A stretch of 64,000 nt of DNA, taken from Oscillospiraceae bacterium. GTDB lineage: Bacteria; Bacillota; Clostridia; Oscillospirales; Oscillospiraceae. The DNA is taken from positions 13,037 through 77,036 of the forward strand of contig JAAWCD010000002.1 in assembly GCA_022793095.1 (NCBI GenBank), given 5' to 3'. Under the pieces are notes generated by a model, which searched no databases, was not told where the DNA came from, and worked only from the letters and a program-made list of their open reading frames with translations. Made by a program: the position numbers and the translations under genes. This document shows, piece by piece, positions 26,624 through 36,009 of the stretch (position 1 is the stretch's first letter; the number at the start of each line of letters is the position of its first letter).

Positions 26624-26742
26624 TCCCAACCGGCTCCCTCCATTGTTTTTTGTGTGATCGCTTTTCATTATAGCGTGGGAACAGAGAAAAAACAAGGCGA
26701 ACGGGGGAGCGGACTGCCCCGCAGTCCGTTCCCCCGCAAGCA

Positions 26743-29700
26743 TTATTCCACCGATTTCAACGACTCCACCATGTCGATCTTCCTGAGCTTCCGGTTGGCG
26801 AACAGGTTGACCAGCATGGAGAACAAAACCGTCAGCCCCACTGCATAGACATAGCTGATGGGCCGGGCGGACCGGCCGAACATCACCATGTCCACCTCCA
26901 CCGTGAGCACCAGCCACTGGTGCAGGAATTTGCCTATCACAAGCCCCAGCGCCACGCCGAAGAAGGTGAGCAGCACATTTTCCCGGTACACATAGGCCCC
27001 CATCTCCCGGTCGTTGAAGCCCAGCACCTTCAGTGTGGCCAGCTCCCGCATCCGCTCGGTGATGTTGATGTTCGTCAGGTTGAACAGCACCACAAAGGCC
27101 AGCGCTGCCGCGCACACGATAATCAGCACCACCGCATAATCCACGCTCTCCATGGAGGAGCTGAAGGTCCGCCGGGTGTTCTCCATCCGGGTCACTGACG
27201 TGACTCCGTCCAGAGCGATCAGCCCCGAGGACACCTGAGAGGACAGCTCCTCTGTGTTCTCCGTGTAGGAAATCAGAATCACGTTGTCCTCTGCCGCCTC
27301 GCCGAACAGCTCCTGATAATAGGCGTCGGTGAGATAGGCGTAGTGCATGATGTACTGTTCGGTCAGAGCCCCGATTTCCGCCTCCGCCCGGTGGTCGCCG
27401 TTGACCAGCGTAACCGTGTCGCCAATGCCCACGTCCAGCAGCTCCGCCAGCTTCTCCGTCATGAGCAGGCCCCGGTCCGGCAGGGAAACCGGCGCGTGGT
27501 CCAGCCGGGTCCGCAGCTTCACAAAGCCCTCCAGCTCCGCGCCGCTGCCCACCACAATCAGATTTCCGTCCATGGTGCGGGCAGCGCCCTCAAAGTCCAC
27601 CGCCGTCTGGTTGCAGGCCCGCCAGCGGGCCACCCGCTCGTCCTGGTCCAGCCAGTCCGCCACCTCCGCGAACTCTTCCTCGTCCCATTTGTTGACCAGC
27701 GCGGCCTGGGCGTGGTATTCGTAAAGCTCATCATACTGAATGGCCATGATGTCCAGAATAGAGTCCCGTATACCGAAGCCGGTCACAATCAAGGCCGTGC
27801 AGCCCGCGATGCCGATGACCGTCATCCAGAACCGGCGCTTGTAGCGGAACAGATTCCGCACCGTCACTTTGTGGGAAAAGGACAGCCGCTTCCACACAAA
27901 GCCCACCCGCTCCAGCAGCACCCGTTTGCCCGCTTTGGGTGCCTTGGGCCGCATGAGGGAGGCGGGACCGGCCCGGACCGCGTTCAGAGCCGCCGCCAGC
28001 ACCGCCACTGCGGTACAGCCCACCGCCGCCAGCACCGCCGCCCCGCAGATCCCCGGCTGGAAGGCGAACACCAGGCCGGGAATATTGTACATAATGCGCC
28101 AGGCGCGAATGATAACCCAGGGAATCAGGGTGCAGCCCACCGCCAGGCCCGCGATCCCGCCGGACACAGAGGCCAGCAGTCCGTAGCCCACATATTTCTG
28201 GGCGATGTCCCTCCTGGAGTAGCCCAGGGCCTTCAAGCAGCCGATCTGACTGCGCTGCTCCTCCACCATCCGGGTCATGGTGGTCAGGCACACCAGCGCC
28301 GCCACCAGGAAGAACAGCAGGGGAAACACAGAGGCCAGATTGCCCATCCGCTCCGCGTCCTGCTGGTAGCTGACAAAGCCAATGTTGGCCTTCCGGCCCA
28401 GCAGATACCATTCGCAGTCGTCCAGGCCGTTCACCTTCCGCCGGGCGTCCCGCAGCTCGCTTCGGGCGTCCGCCAGCCCGGTCTGGGCCTCCGCCTTGCC
28501 GTCCTCGTACTCCAAGAGGCCGCCGGCGTACTCCTGTTCGCCGTCCTCCAACTCTACCTTGGCGTCCGCCAGCTCCTTTCGGGCCTTGGCCGTCTCCTCG
28601 GCCAGCTCCCGCCGGCCGTCCGCCAGCTCCACAAGGCCGTCGTTGTACTCCTTCCAGCCGTCGTCCAGTTCCTGCCGGGCGTCCAGGAGCTCCTGTTTGG
28701 CGTCGTCCAGCTCCTTCCGGCCGTCCAAAATCTCCTGTTTGGCGTCATCCAGCTCTTTCCGGCCATCTTCCAGCTCCGCCCAGCCGTCATCCAGCTCTTT
28801 TTTCGCGTCAGTCAGCTCCTGGTCCGCTTCCGCCAGCTCCCTGGCCGCTTCGTCCAGCTCCCGCTTTCCCTCCGCCAGCTCGACTTCTCCGTCCGCCAGC
28901 TCCTGCTTGGCGCTGTCCAGCTCCTGTTTGGCCTCCGTCAGTTCTTCCGCGCCGGCCTCCAGCTCCTCCTTGGCCTCCCGCAGCTGCCGCCGGGCCTCCG
29001 CCAGCTCTTCTTCGCCGGCCTCCAGCTCCTCCTTGGCCTCGTCCAGCTGCTTTTTGGCTTCCGCCAGCTGCCGCCGGCCCGCCTCGTACTCGTCCGCGCC
29101 CGCCTGATATTGGGCGTAACCGGCGCTGTATTCCCGCTCGCCCGCGTCCAGCTGAGCGCGGCCCGCAGCGAGTCCCTGTTCGATTTGTGTGATGCCGCTG
29201 GAAATCTGGTCTACATAGCCCTGAGCCTGGGCCACTCCGGCGCTGGCCTGGTCCACATAGCCCTGGGCCGCGGCCACAGCCCCTACAGCCGCAGCGTAGG
29301 CCGGATCCGACGGGTCCAGACTGTTCAGATAGTCCTGCGCCTGGCTCAGCCCCGCTTCTGCCTGGGCCAGTCCTTCCTGCGCCTGGCTTAACCCGGTCTG
29401 GGCCAGGGGCAGCTGCTCCCGCAGGCTGCTCAGCTGGGCCTCCGCCCCGGCGGTCTGAGCATGATACTCCGCCCAGCCCGCGTCCAGCTGAGCACGGGCG
29501 TCCTGCAGCTGCCGCCAGGCGTCATTCAGCTGGGAATCCGCGCTGGACAACTCCCGTTGTCCCTCCTCGTATTCCTTCCGTCCGTCGTTGTACTCCGCCC
29601 AACCGTCCTCCAGCTTCTTGGCGCCGTTCTCGTAGTCTCTCTGACCGTCATAGTACGCCTTCCAGCCGTCCTGGATCCTCTTGAGGCCGTCCTCATACTC

Positions 29701-30972
29701 CTGTACCCCGTCAGCATACTCCTTCCAGCCCTCCTCCAGGTCCTTCTTTCCCTGCTCGTAGTCCCGAAGGCCCTCGGCGTACTTGACCCGGCCGTCCTCG
29801 TACTCCCTTACGCCCTCCAGGTACTTCTGCTCGCCATCCTTCCACTCCGCCAGGCCCCCGGCGTATTCCGCCTCGCCGTCCTCATATTCCTTGAGGCCAT
29901 CGGCGTACTCTTTTTCGCCGTCCTCGTACTCCAAAAGGCCGTCGGCATATTCCTTCTCGCCGTCCTCCAGCTCCACCTTGGCGTCCGCAAGCTCCTGCTC
30001 TCCGCCGGCCAGCTCCCGTTCCGCGTCCGCTGTTTCCCGCCGCAGGTCAGCCCAGCCCTGGTTGTATTCCTTCCACCCGTCGTCCAGCTCCTGCCGGCCA
30101 TCCGCCAGCTCCTGCGCCGCGTCCGCCAGCTCCTGGTTCACCTCGGCTTCCGCGTCGTCGTATTCCTTTTGGGCGTCCGCAAGCTTTTCCTCTGCCTCCT
30201 CCCGGATATCCTCGGAGCGAAGCCGGGCCCGCCCGTCGCCGAAGGCCTCGTTTTCATCCACCCAGCGGTCCACCAGCGCTTCGTAACCGTCGGAGTAGGC
30301 GTTCCGCTCCTTGGCCCCCTCCAGGGTGGCGTAAGCCTCGGTGTAGGCCTCCATGTCGAAGGCGTCCTTGGGCAGCAGAACAAAGCAGGACACATGCCCC
30401 GTGCCCAAAGAGGAGCTGCCCCGCTGGATGGATAAGTACAGGGGGGATTGACAGGTTCCCACCACCGTGAAGGACTCCCGAGTCAGAGCGTCCTCATAGG
30501 TTCCGGTCCCGGTGTTGATGGTGATGGACACGCCCAGGTCCGCCTCCATGGCCTCCAGCAGGGATTCCTCGGTCAGGCATTCGCCGGGGTTTTCCGGCAG
30601 GCGGCCCCGAATCAGGTTGGGCTGATTGAGGCCCTGTTCGCTGAGGGATACCACCTTGACCGCCAGGTCGTTGTCCCCCACGGGCACCAGTCCGTCGGCG
30701 GTGTAGGCTCCCTCTGCGGCGAGCACGCCGGGCCGGGCGGCCAGGGCGTCAATGTCCTCCTGGGTGATGCCCAGCGTGGCCATAATTTGAATGTCCATCA
30801 TGTTCTGCCGGTCCAGGTAGGCGTCAGCGGTGGCCTCCATGTCCGGGGCGGTGGTCCTCAGTCCGGCCAGAAAGGCCACGGCCAGTGCCACCAGCACAAA
30901 AATGGAAATGAAGCGGCTCCGGGTCTTGCTGATTTCCCGGAACAGATCTTTTTTCAGCGCCTGTTTTGCCAT
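26743..30972 (-). CDS. FtsX/MacB-type ABC transporter permease with a ~600-aa coiled-coil insertion
   Basis: N-terminal TM segment and MacB-like extracytoplasmic domain, a long heptad-repeat segment, then two FtsX-type TM bundles. The ATG at 30972 (MAKQALKK) lies 4 nt after the ATPase stop. The TTG at 30987 is the alternative start. Confidence 0.9.
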   Translation of the reverse strand: MAKQALKKDLFREISKTRSRFISIFVLVALAVAFLAGLRTTAPDMEATADAYLDRQNMMDIQIMATLGITQEDIDALAARPGVLAAEGAYTADGLVPVGDNDLAVKVVSLSEQGLNQPNLIRGRLPENPGECLTEESLLEAMEADLGVSITINTGTGTYEDALTRESFTVVGTCQSPLYLSIQRGSSSLGTGHVSCFVLLPKDAFDMEAYTEAYATLEGAKERNAYSDGYEALVDRWVDENEAFGDGRARLRSEDIREEAEEKLADAQKEYDDAEAEVNQELADAAQELADGRQELDDGWKEYNQGWADLRRETADAERELAGGEQELADAKVELEDGEKEYADGLLEYEDGEKEYADGLKEYEDGEAEYAGGLAEWKDGEQKYLEGVREYEDGRVKYAEGLRDYEQGKKDLEEGWKEYADGVQEYEDGLKRIQDGWKAYYDGQRDYENGAKKLEDGWAEYNDGRKEYEEGQRELSSADSQLNDAWRQLQDARAQLDAGWAEYHAQTAGAEAQLSSLREQLPLAQTGLSQAQEGLAQAEAGLSQAQDYLNSLDPSDPAYAAAVGAVAAAQGYVDQASAGVAQAQGYVDQISSGITQIEQGLAAGRAQLDAGEREYSAGYAQYQAGADEYEAGRRQLAEAKKQLDEAKEELEAGEEELAEARRQLREAKEELEAGAEELTEAKQELDSAKQELADGEVELAEGKRELDEAARELAEADQELTDAKKELDDGWAELEDGRKELDDAKQEILDGRKELDDAKQELLDARQELDDGWKEYNDGLVELADGRRELAEETAKARKELADAKVELEDGEQEYAGGLLEYEDGKAEAQTGLADARSELRDARRKVNGLDDCEWYLLGRKANIGFVSYQQDAERMGNLASVFPLLFFLVAALVCLTTMTRMVEEQRSQIGCLKALGYSRRDIAQKYVGYGLLASVSGGIAGLAVGCTLIPWVIIRAWRIMYNIPGLVFAFQPGICGAAVLAAVGCTAVAVLAAALNAVRAGPASLMRPKAPKAGKRVLLERVGFVWKRLSFSHKVTVRNLFRYKRRFWMTVIGIAGCTALIVTGFGIRDSILDIMAIQYDELYEYHAQAALVNKWDEEEFAEVADWLDQDERVARWRACNQTAVDFEGAARTMDGNLIVVGSGAELEGFVKLRTRLDHAPVSLPDRGLLMTEKLAELLDVGIGDTVTLVNGDHRAEAEIGALTEQYIMHYAYLTDAYYQELFGEAAEDNVILISYTENTEELSSQVSSGLIALDGVTSVTRMENTRRTFSSSMESVDYAVVLIIVCAAALAFVVLFNLTNINITERMRELATLKVLGFNDREMGAYVYRENVLLTFFGVALGLVIGKFLHQWLVLTVEVDMVMFGRSARPISYVYAVGLTVLFSMLVNLFANRKLRKIDMVESLKSVE
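28432..30225 (-). repeat. coding heptad-repeat region (E-Y/L-x-D-G-x-x type)
   Basis: Residues ~255-852 (numbered from the 30987 start) form runs such as EYADGLL EYEDGEK EYADGLK EYEDGEA... and KELDDAK QEILDGR KELDDAK QELLDAR. A non-repeat tip lies around SLDPSDP (~res 555-562). Confidence 0.9.
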
Positions 30973-30976
30973 GCTG

Positions 30977-31678
30977 TCACCACTCAATCTCTTCCACCGG
31001 GGTGGGGTTGCCGTTGAGCTCCATAGCGGCGACCTTGCCGCTATGGATGTGGATGACCCGGTCGGCCATGGGGGTCAGCGCGGTGTTGTGGGTGATGACC
31101 ACCACAGTGACGCCCTTCTGGCGGCAGGTGTCCTGCAAGAGCTTCAAAATGGCCTTGCCGGTCACGTAGTCCAGGGCGCCGGTGGGCTCGTCGCAGAGAA
31201 GGAGCTTGGGGTTTTTGGCCAGGGCCCGGGCGATGGCCACCCGCTGCTGCTCGCCGCCGGAGAGCTGGGCGGGGAAGTTGTTCTTCCGGCCGGCCAGCCC
31301 CACATGGTCCAGCACACCGGCGGCGTCCAGAGGGTCCCGGCAGATCTGGGCGGCCAGCTCCACGTTTTCCAGGGCGGTCAGGTTCTGGACCAGGTTGTAG
31401 AACTGGAAAACGAAGCCGATATCATACCGGCGGTAGTTGGTCAGCTCCTTGGCGTTGTACCGGCTGACCTCCGCGCCGTCCACCAGAATCGCGCCGGAGG
31501 TGGCGGAGTCCATGCCGCCCAGAAGGTTTAGCACAGTGGTCTTGCCCGCGCCGGAGGGGCCGACGATGACCACGAACTCGCCCTTTTCCAGGGAAAAGGA
31601 GATATCCTCCACCGCAGTGATGGTGACCTCTCCCATTTGATATTGTTTTACAACATGTTCCAGTGTAATAAATGACAT
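30977..31678 (-). CDS. ABC transporter ATP-binding protein (MacB/LolD-like)
   Basis: [13 protein letters not shown]..., [29 protein letters not shown]. The ATG at 31678 is preceded by GGGAG. Confidence 0.92.
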   Translation of the reverse strand: MSFITLEHVVKQYQMGEVTITAVEDISFSLEKGEFVVIVGPSGAGKTTVLNLLGGMDSATSGAILVDGAEVSRYNAKELTNYRRYDIGFVFQFYNLVQNLTALENVELAAQICRDPLDAAGVLDHVGLAGRKNNFPAQLSGGEQQRVAIARALAKNPKLLLCDEPTGALDYVTGKAILKLLQDTCRQKGVTVVVITHNTALTPMADRVIHIHSGKVAAMELNGNPTPVEEIEW

Positions 31679-31704
31679 GTGATTCGCTCCCGTACCGTTT
31701 TTCT

Positions 31705-31749
31705 CCACTTTTTCTTGAAAGAAAAAGTGGCAAAAAGAACTTTAAGCTG
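31705..31749 (-). repeat. family A unit A13
   Basis: CCACTTTTTCTTGAAAGAAAAAGTGG + CAAAAAGAACTTTAAGCTG. Confidence 0.9.
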
Positions 31750-31887
31750 ATTCTTGCAAGAAAAATCAAGGCTTACAGATTTTTTGGGCGGGGGAATAAG
31801 AGCCTATCCCAGAATTCGGCGTGCACAGATTGCGCCGTCAGATTTTTCGTCAAGGGACGCCAAATGTGAACTGTTTTTGAACACCTG

Positions 31888-31916
31888 TTGATTTTTCAAC
31901 TGGAATCTATTATAGT
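31888..31916 (+). promoter_or_regulatory. putative promoter of the tetR-family gene
   Basis: TTGATT, a 17-nt spacer, then TATAGT. Confidence 0.45.
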
Positions 31917-31928
31917 AGAACGACAGAT

Positions 31929-31954
31929 AAATTCAATAGGTAATGTTTGAATTT
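31929..31954. promoter_or_regulatory. inverted repeat, candidate TetR operator
   Basis: AAATTCAA-N10-TTGAATTT lies just downstream of the putative -10. Confidence 0.3.
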
Positions 31955-32035
31955 TTTATGTCTGGCGCCACAGGTGAGATGCGATTTGTCCGATAATGAA
32001 CAGAAGGGAACAATTTGTTGAATGGAGGGTTGTCC

Positions 32036-32605
32036 ATGCCTGGGGAAGGGGAAGACCGCCGGGTCCGAAAAACGAAAGCGTTGCTGCGGGAAAGCCTGCA
32101 AAGGCTGTTGTTGGAAAAGCCGCTGCGGGAGATTACGGTTAAGGAGCTGACGGAGGCGGCGGATGTAAACCGGGGAACGTTTTACAGCCACTACCGGGAT
32201 ATTTATGATTTGCGGGATCAGATTGAGGAGGAGCTTTTCCGGGAATTTGTGTCGATGATGGACAGCTATCCGGCGGACAAGCTGCGGCGGGGCCTGAGAC
32301 CGATTTTGACAGATGTGTTCCGGTTCATCCTGCGAAACGCGGGGACGGGCGCGGTTTTATTTGGACCTGCCGTTTATAGCGGGTTTCTGGACCGGATTAA
32401 GGCGGAGCTGCACCGCCGGGTGGGGGAGGAATGGCAGGGGCTGTATGGGTTTCAGGGCTCCGCCCAGTGGAATTATTATCTGGAATTTGTGGTGGCAGGC
32501 TGCATCGCGCTGCTCCAGACCTGGACAGGGAAGGGAATGAGGGAGACGCCGGAGGAGATGGCCGCCATGGCGGAGCGGTTTATTCTGTTTGGATTGCGGG
32601 AGTAG
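32036..32605 (+). CDS. TetR/AcrR-family transcriptional regulator
   Basis: RKTKALLRESLQRLLLEKPLREITVKELTEAADVNRGTFYSHY HTH signature. GGAGGG precedes the ATG at 32036. Confidence 0.88.
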   Translation: MPGEGEDRRVRKTKALLRESLQRLLLEKPLREITVKELTEAADVNRGTFYSHYRDIYDLRDQIEEELFREFVSMMDSYPADKLRRGLRPILTDVFRFILRNAGTGAVLFGPAVYSGFLDRIKAELHRRVGEEWQGLYGFQGSAQWNYYLEFVVAGCIALLQTWTGKGMRETPEEMAAMAERFILFGLRE

Positions 32606-32689
32606 TGGTTTGGCAGGGTGGTTCCCTGATTCTCTGGTTTACGAATATGGACCGATATGATATGATGGAATTACAAGGAGGCGTGCCCT

Positions 32690-33538
32690 TTGAGCATCCC
32701 GACAATGGAAGAATTAACGGAACTTTCGGAGTCTGTCCCCACCACGGATCAGATTCAGGACTATCTTGGGAATATGCTGAATAACCTGTTTCCCGCCATT
32801 ATCACCCTCGTCTTCTGCGTTTTGGTTTCCAAGGTGATTTTGAGCTTTTCTGACCGGCTGATGCGGCGGATGTCCGCGGAACCGACCCTTGGCAAGTTCA
32901 TTCGCGCCGTACTTCGGGTTATCCTCTGGCTGCTGACAGCCATTATGGTAGCGGACAAGCTGGGGATTCCCACCAGCTCCATGGTGGCCCTGCTCAGCGT
33001 TACCGGCCTGGCTGTGTCCCTGGCCCTCCAGAACACCCTGTCCAATCTGGCGGGCGGCATTCTTCTGCTGGTGACCAAGCCTTTTATGGTGGGAGATTAC
33101 ATCTCTGCCGGTGGGGTGGAAGGTACGGTGCTGGAGGTCGGCCTGGTCTACACCAAGGTCAACACCGTGGACAATAAGCGCATTTCTATCCCTAACAGCG
33201 ACATTTCCGGCGCTAAAATCATCAATTGCTCCACGGAAGGCCGCCGGCGGGTGGACCTGGTGATTTCCGCCTCCTATGACGCGCCGGTGGAGACGGTGAA
33301 AAACGCCCTCCGGGAGATCATTGCCGGTCATCCTCTGGTGCTGCCCGACCCGGAGCCCTTTGTCCGGCTTTCCGCCTATCAGGACAGTTCTATTGCCTAT
33401 ACGGTCCGGGTCTGGACCAATAATTCCGATTATTGGACCGTTTATTTTGACATGCTGGAGCAGGTCAAGACCACCTTTGACAAGTACGGCATTGAGCTGA
33501 CCTATAACCATTTGAATGTGCATCTGATGGACAAGTGA
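32690..33538 (+). CDS. mechanosensitive ion channel (MscS family)
   Basis: Three TM helices, then LSNLAGGILLLVTKPFMVGDYI, typical of MscS. TTG start 8 nt after GGAGG. Confidence 0.88.
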   Translation: MSIPTMEELTELSESVPTTDQIQDYLGNMLNNLFPAIITLVFCVLVSKVILSFSDRLMRRMSAEPTLGKFIRAVLRVILWLLTAIMVADKLGIPTSSMVALLSVTGLAVSLALQNTLSNLAGGILLLVTKPFMVGDYISAGGVEGTVLEVGLVYTKVNTVDNKRISIPNSDISGAKIINCSTEGRRRVDLVISASYDAPVETVKNALREIIAGHPLVLPDPEPFVRLSAYQDSSIAYTVRVWTNNSDYWTVYFDMLEQVKTTFDKYGIELTYNHLNVHLMDK

Positions 33539-33547
33539 GGAACAGCA

Positions 33548-33988
33548 ATGGATTTAAACAGCACGGAGCAGATGACCGGTCAGGAATATAATGAGCTTCG
33601 GGTAAGCGTGGGGTGGAATCCGCTCACCGATGGGCAGGCGGAACGAGGAATCCAACATACCACATTTTTGACGGCGGTCAGAGATAGCGGCAGAATTGTT
33701 GCCATGGGCAGAATACTTTTCGATTTCGGATATACGGCCTACCTGGGAGATGTCCTCGTCCGTCCGGAATATCAGGGGCAGGGCATCGGCAGTCAGGTTG
33801 TGGAGGGTCTGATCGAGAGAACCATGGCCGCGGCCCAGGAGGGAGATCGAATCATATTCATTTTGGGCGCGGCGAAGGAAAAGGAAGCCTTTTACGAAAA
33901 GCTGGGGTTCCGCCGGCGGCCCAATGAATGGTCCGGCGCAGGAATGTCCATGTGGCGCACAAAGCAGCCTTCCGGCCCGAGAGACTGA
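33548..33988 (+). CDS. GNAT-family N-acetyltransferase
   Basis: VRPEYQGQGIGSQVV acetyl-CoA-binding motif. 146 aa. Confidence 0.87.
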   Translation: MDLNSTEQMTGQEYNELRVSVGWNPLTDGQAERGIQHTTFLTAVRDSGRIVAMGRILFDFGYTAYLGDVLVRPEYQGQGIGSQVVEGLIERTMAAAQEGDRIIFILGAAKEKEAFYEKLGFRRRPNEWSGAGMSMWRTKQPSGPRD

Positions 33989-34002
33989 TTGGCACAAAAA
34001 AA

Positions 34003-34031
34003 CTGGCATCCGAACAAAATTCGGATGCCAG
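34003..34031. terminator. bidirectional intrinsic terminator
   Basis: CTGGCATCCGAA-N5-TTCGGATGCCAG is preceded by an A7 run. It lies between convergent genes. Confidence 0.7.
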
Positions 34032-34036
34032 CCTCT

Positions 34037-34513
34037 TTATTTCGGCATGTTCAGCCCGTGGATGAAGCCGTCCAGACGGCTGGACAGCACATCTCCGCCG
34101 ATAATCGTCCCTTGGTGCACTAGAAGCCCGGCCTGCACGCCGGTTTCCCCGCTGGGATAGTTGGTGATTTCGTAGCAGTACCGCTTCACCCGCTTGCCCC
34201 GGTAGCGCTTCAGGTCAAAGCCCTGCTGCTCTTGAAGGGTCAGATATTCCGTGTAGGTTTCATCAAACTCCTTCGGAATCAGCAGCTCCTCAATGGACAC
34301 CGGGTCCGGATTGACCGTCCAGCCGAAGGATTCCAGGTAGGCGATCCGGGCGGCGTCATCCCCGCCGTCAACCTTGGCCTCACCCATCACAGCGGCGGCG
34401 GGCCCCAGGCCCAGACAGCCCGCGCCCAGCAGCAGCGCACAGAGAAGCACCGCCCCGCCGCAGCACCAGCCCAGGATTTTTTTGCGCTGCACCTTCGCGG
34501 TTAAGATAAACAC
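34037..34513 (-). CDS. membrane-anchored protein, DUF4830-like (family recalled, not verified)
   Basis: N-terminal TM segment, then ...IAYLESFGWTVNPDPVSIEELLIPKEFDETYTEYLTLQEQQGFDL... Confidence 0.65.
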   Translation of the reverse strand: MFILTAKVQRKKILGWCCGGAVLLCALLLGAGCLGLGPAAAVMGEAKVDGGDDAARIAYLESFGWTVNPDPVSIEELLIPKEFDETYTEYLTLQEQQGFDLKRYRGKRVKRYCYEITNYPSGETGVQAGLLVHQGTIIGGDVLSSRLDGFIHGLNMPK

Positions 34514-34783
34514 GACGCAGCCCCCCTTTCTTTCTCAACATAATTATGACAGGAGGGGGAAGGATATGCTTGGAATCTGCCTTGGTTTGTGGTAAAATGC
34601 GCTTTGCACGCCAGATTGGAAAAGTCTTTTCCAGCGTGGGAACTTTCTTCCCTCCGATACGTCTAATCCTCTGAACCCAGGCAAGTAAAGCCGCCTGGGC
34701 CGCATGACTTCCAGGGAACCACGGATCGCGAACGTCATCGGAACCAAAAATCCTACCACTACTTACAAAAGGAGCGAACATTT

Positions 34784-35902
34784 ATGACACACCGTAAAAC
34801 CTCACTGGTCCTTGCGGCGCTTTTATCCCTGTCCCTTCTGACCTCCTGCGGCGGGCAGAGCCCCCAGGAGACGGACAATTCCGGCGGCTCTGTCCCCCCG
34901 GCCGCCTCGGTGGAACCCACCCAGCCCCCCGACACCCCCGCGCCGGCCCTGCCGGACACTCCCGCGCCCACAGAGACCCTCCCGCTGGAGACGGATGCAC
35001 CCGCTGAAACGGCGCCTGTGGAGACCGCTCCGGCAGAGGACGGTGAAATTCGCTTGACCCTGAACAAGACGGATGTGACCCTGTACGCGGCCGGGAAAAG
35101 CTTCACCCTCAAGCCCAAGCCGGAAGGCGTGCCGGAGGGCTCTGCACTGGCTTTGAGCTGGTCCTCCAGCGACGAGTCGGTGGCCAAGGTGGAGAGCAGC
35201 GTTGGCGGTCTTTCCGCGGTTGTCACCGCCGTAGGACCGGGCACCGCCACCATCACCGCCAGACCGGTCAATTCCACGGCAGTGGATGATCCGCTTACCG
35301 TGAGCTGCATTGTGCGCTGCCGCTGGACCGAGGAGAGCCCGGAGCCTTCCACGCCCGCTGTGACCCCCACCTCCGCACCGGTGGAAACGCCTCCTGTGGA
35401 GACCGCGCCCCCCACCTCCGCACCGGTGGAAACGCCTCCTGTGGAGACCGCGCCCCCCACCTCCGCGCCGGTGGAAACGACTCCTGTGGAGACCGCGCCG
35501 CCCGCGCCTGCCTCCGCCGATTTGACCAAGTTCTACGAGAATACAATGAGCAAGTATGAGTTTGGCTTCCTGGAGCTGGCGGATGCCGGGCTTGTGGACA
35601 ATTTTTATTCCGGCCTGAGCGGCATCCCTACGGAGCAATGTCTGGTGTACATCTGTATGATGAGCATGAACAACGGTGAATTTGTTCTGGTTCAGGTAAA
35701 GGACAGCGGCGATGTGCCCGCCGTCAAGGATATTTTGCAGGCGCGGGTTGACAGCATGGTGGACGGCGGAGCCTGGTATCCTGCTGCCATAGAGCAGTGG
35801 GAGCTTAATTCCCGCGTGGTTTCCAATGGGAATTACGTCATGATGGTGGTCCACGAGAACGCGGACAGCATCGTTTCCGAGTTCAACACGTTTACCAGCT
35901 GA
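34784..35902 (+). CDS. lipoprotein with Big_2-like Ig domain, Pro/Thr repeat linker and DUF4358-like C-terminal domain
   Basis: Lipobox LSLLTSC. SWSSSDESVAKVE...VTAVGPGTATITA is a Big_2 signature. Three 15-aa repeats follow. The C-terminal domain family is recalled, not verified. Confidence 0.8.
   Translation: MTHRKTSLVLAALLSLSLLTSCGGQSPQETDNSGGSVPPAASVEPTQPPDTPAPALPDTPAPTETLPLETDAPAETAPVETAPAEDGEIRLTLNKTDVTLYAAGKSFTLKPKPEGVPEGSALALSWSSSDESVAKVESSVGGLSAVVTAVGPGTATITARPVNSTAVDDPLTVSCIVRCRWTEESPEPSTPAVTPTSAPVETPPVETAPPTSAPVETPPVETAPPTSAPVETTPVETAPPAPASADLTKFYENTMSKYEFGFLELADAGLVDNFYSGLSGIPTEQCLVYICMMSMNNGEFVLVQVKDSGDVPAVKDILQARVDSMVDGGAWYPAAIEQWELNSRVVSNGNYVMMVVHENADSIVSEFNTFTS
35368..35502 (+). 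repeat. 45-bp x 3 in-frame tandem repeat
   Basis: Units start at 35368, 35413 and 35458 (CACCTCCGCACCGGTGGAAACGCCTCCTGTGGAGACCGCGCCCCC). They encode TSAPVETPPVETAPP. Confidence 0.95.
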
Positions 35903-36009
35903 ATGAAATATGATTCTCTCAGCACCTTCACCGCTGGATTTTCTAAACTTTTCATCCCTGCCTGCCTTCGCACCATCACAAATCCATAAACACAAAAGGG
36001 GGCCCCTCT

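Noticed and set aside
26624-27115. A 5' extension of the YihY-family ORF that overlaps the 3' end of the large permease gene.
   Set aside because: The extension is Gly/Ala/Arg-rich with no membrane character. A good RBS precedes MKKLIQ at 26623, where family similarity begins.
34514-34783. A riboswitch (for example the c-di-AMP ydaO type) in the ~180-nt leader of the lipoprotein gene.
   Set aside because: Only scattered GGGAACC/GAACCC strings are present. The conserved ydaO elements and pseudo-symmetric helices could not be traced, so the case is unsupported without a covariance-model scan.
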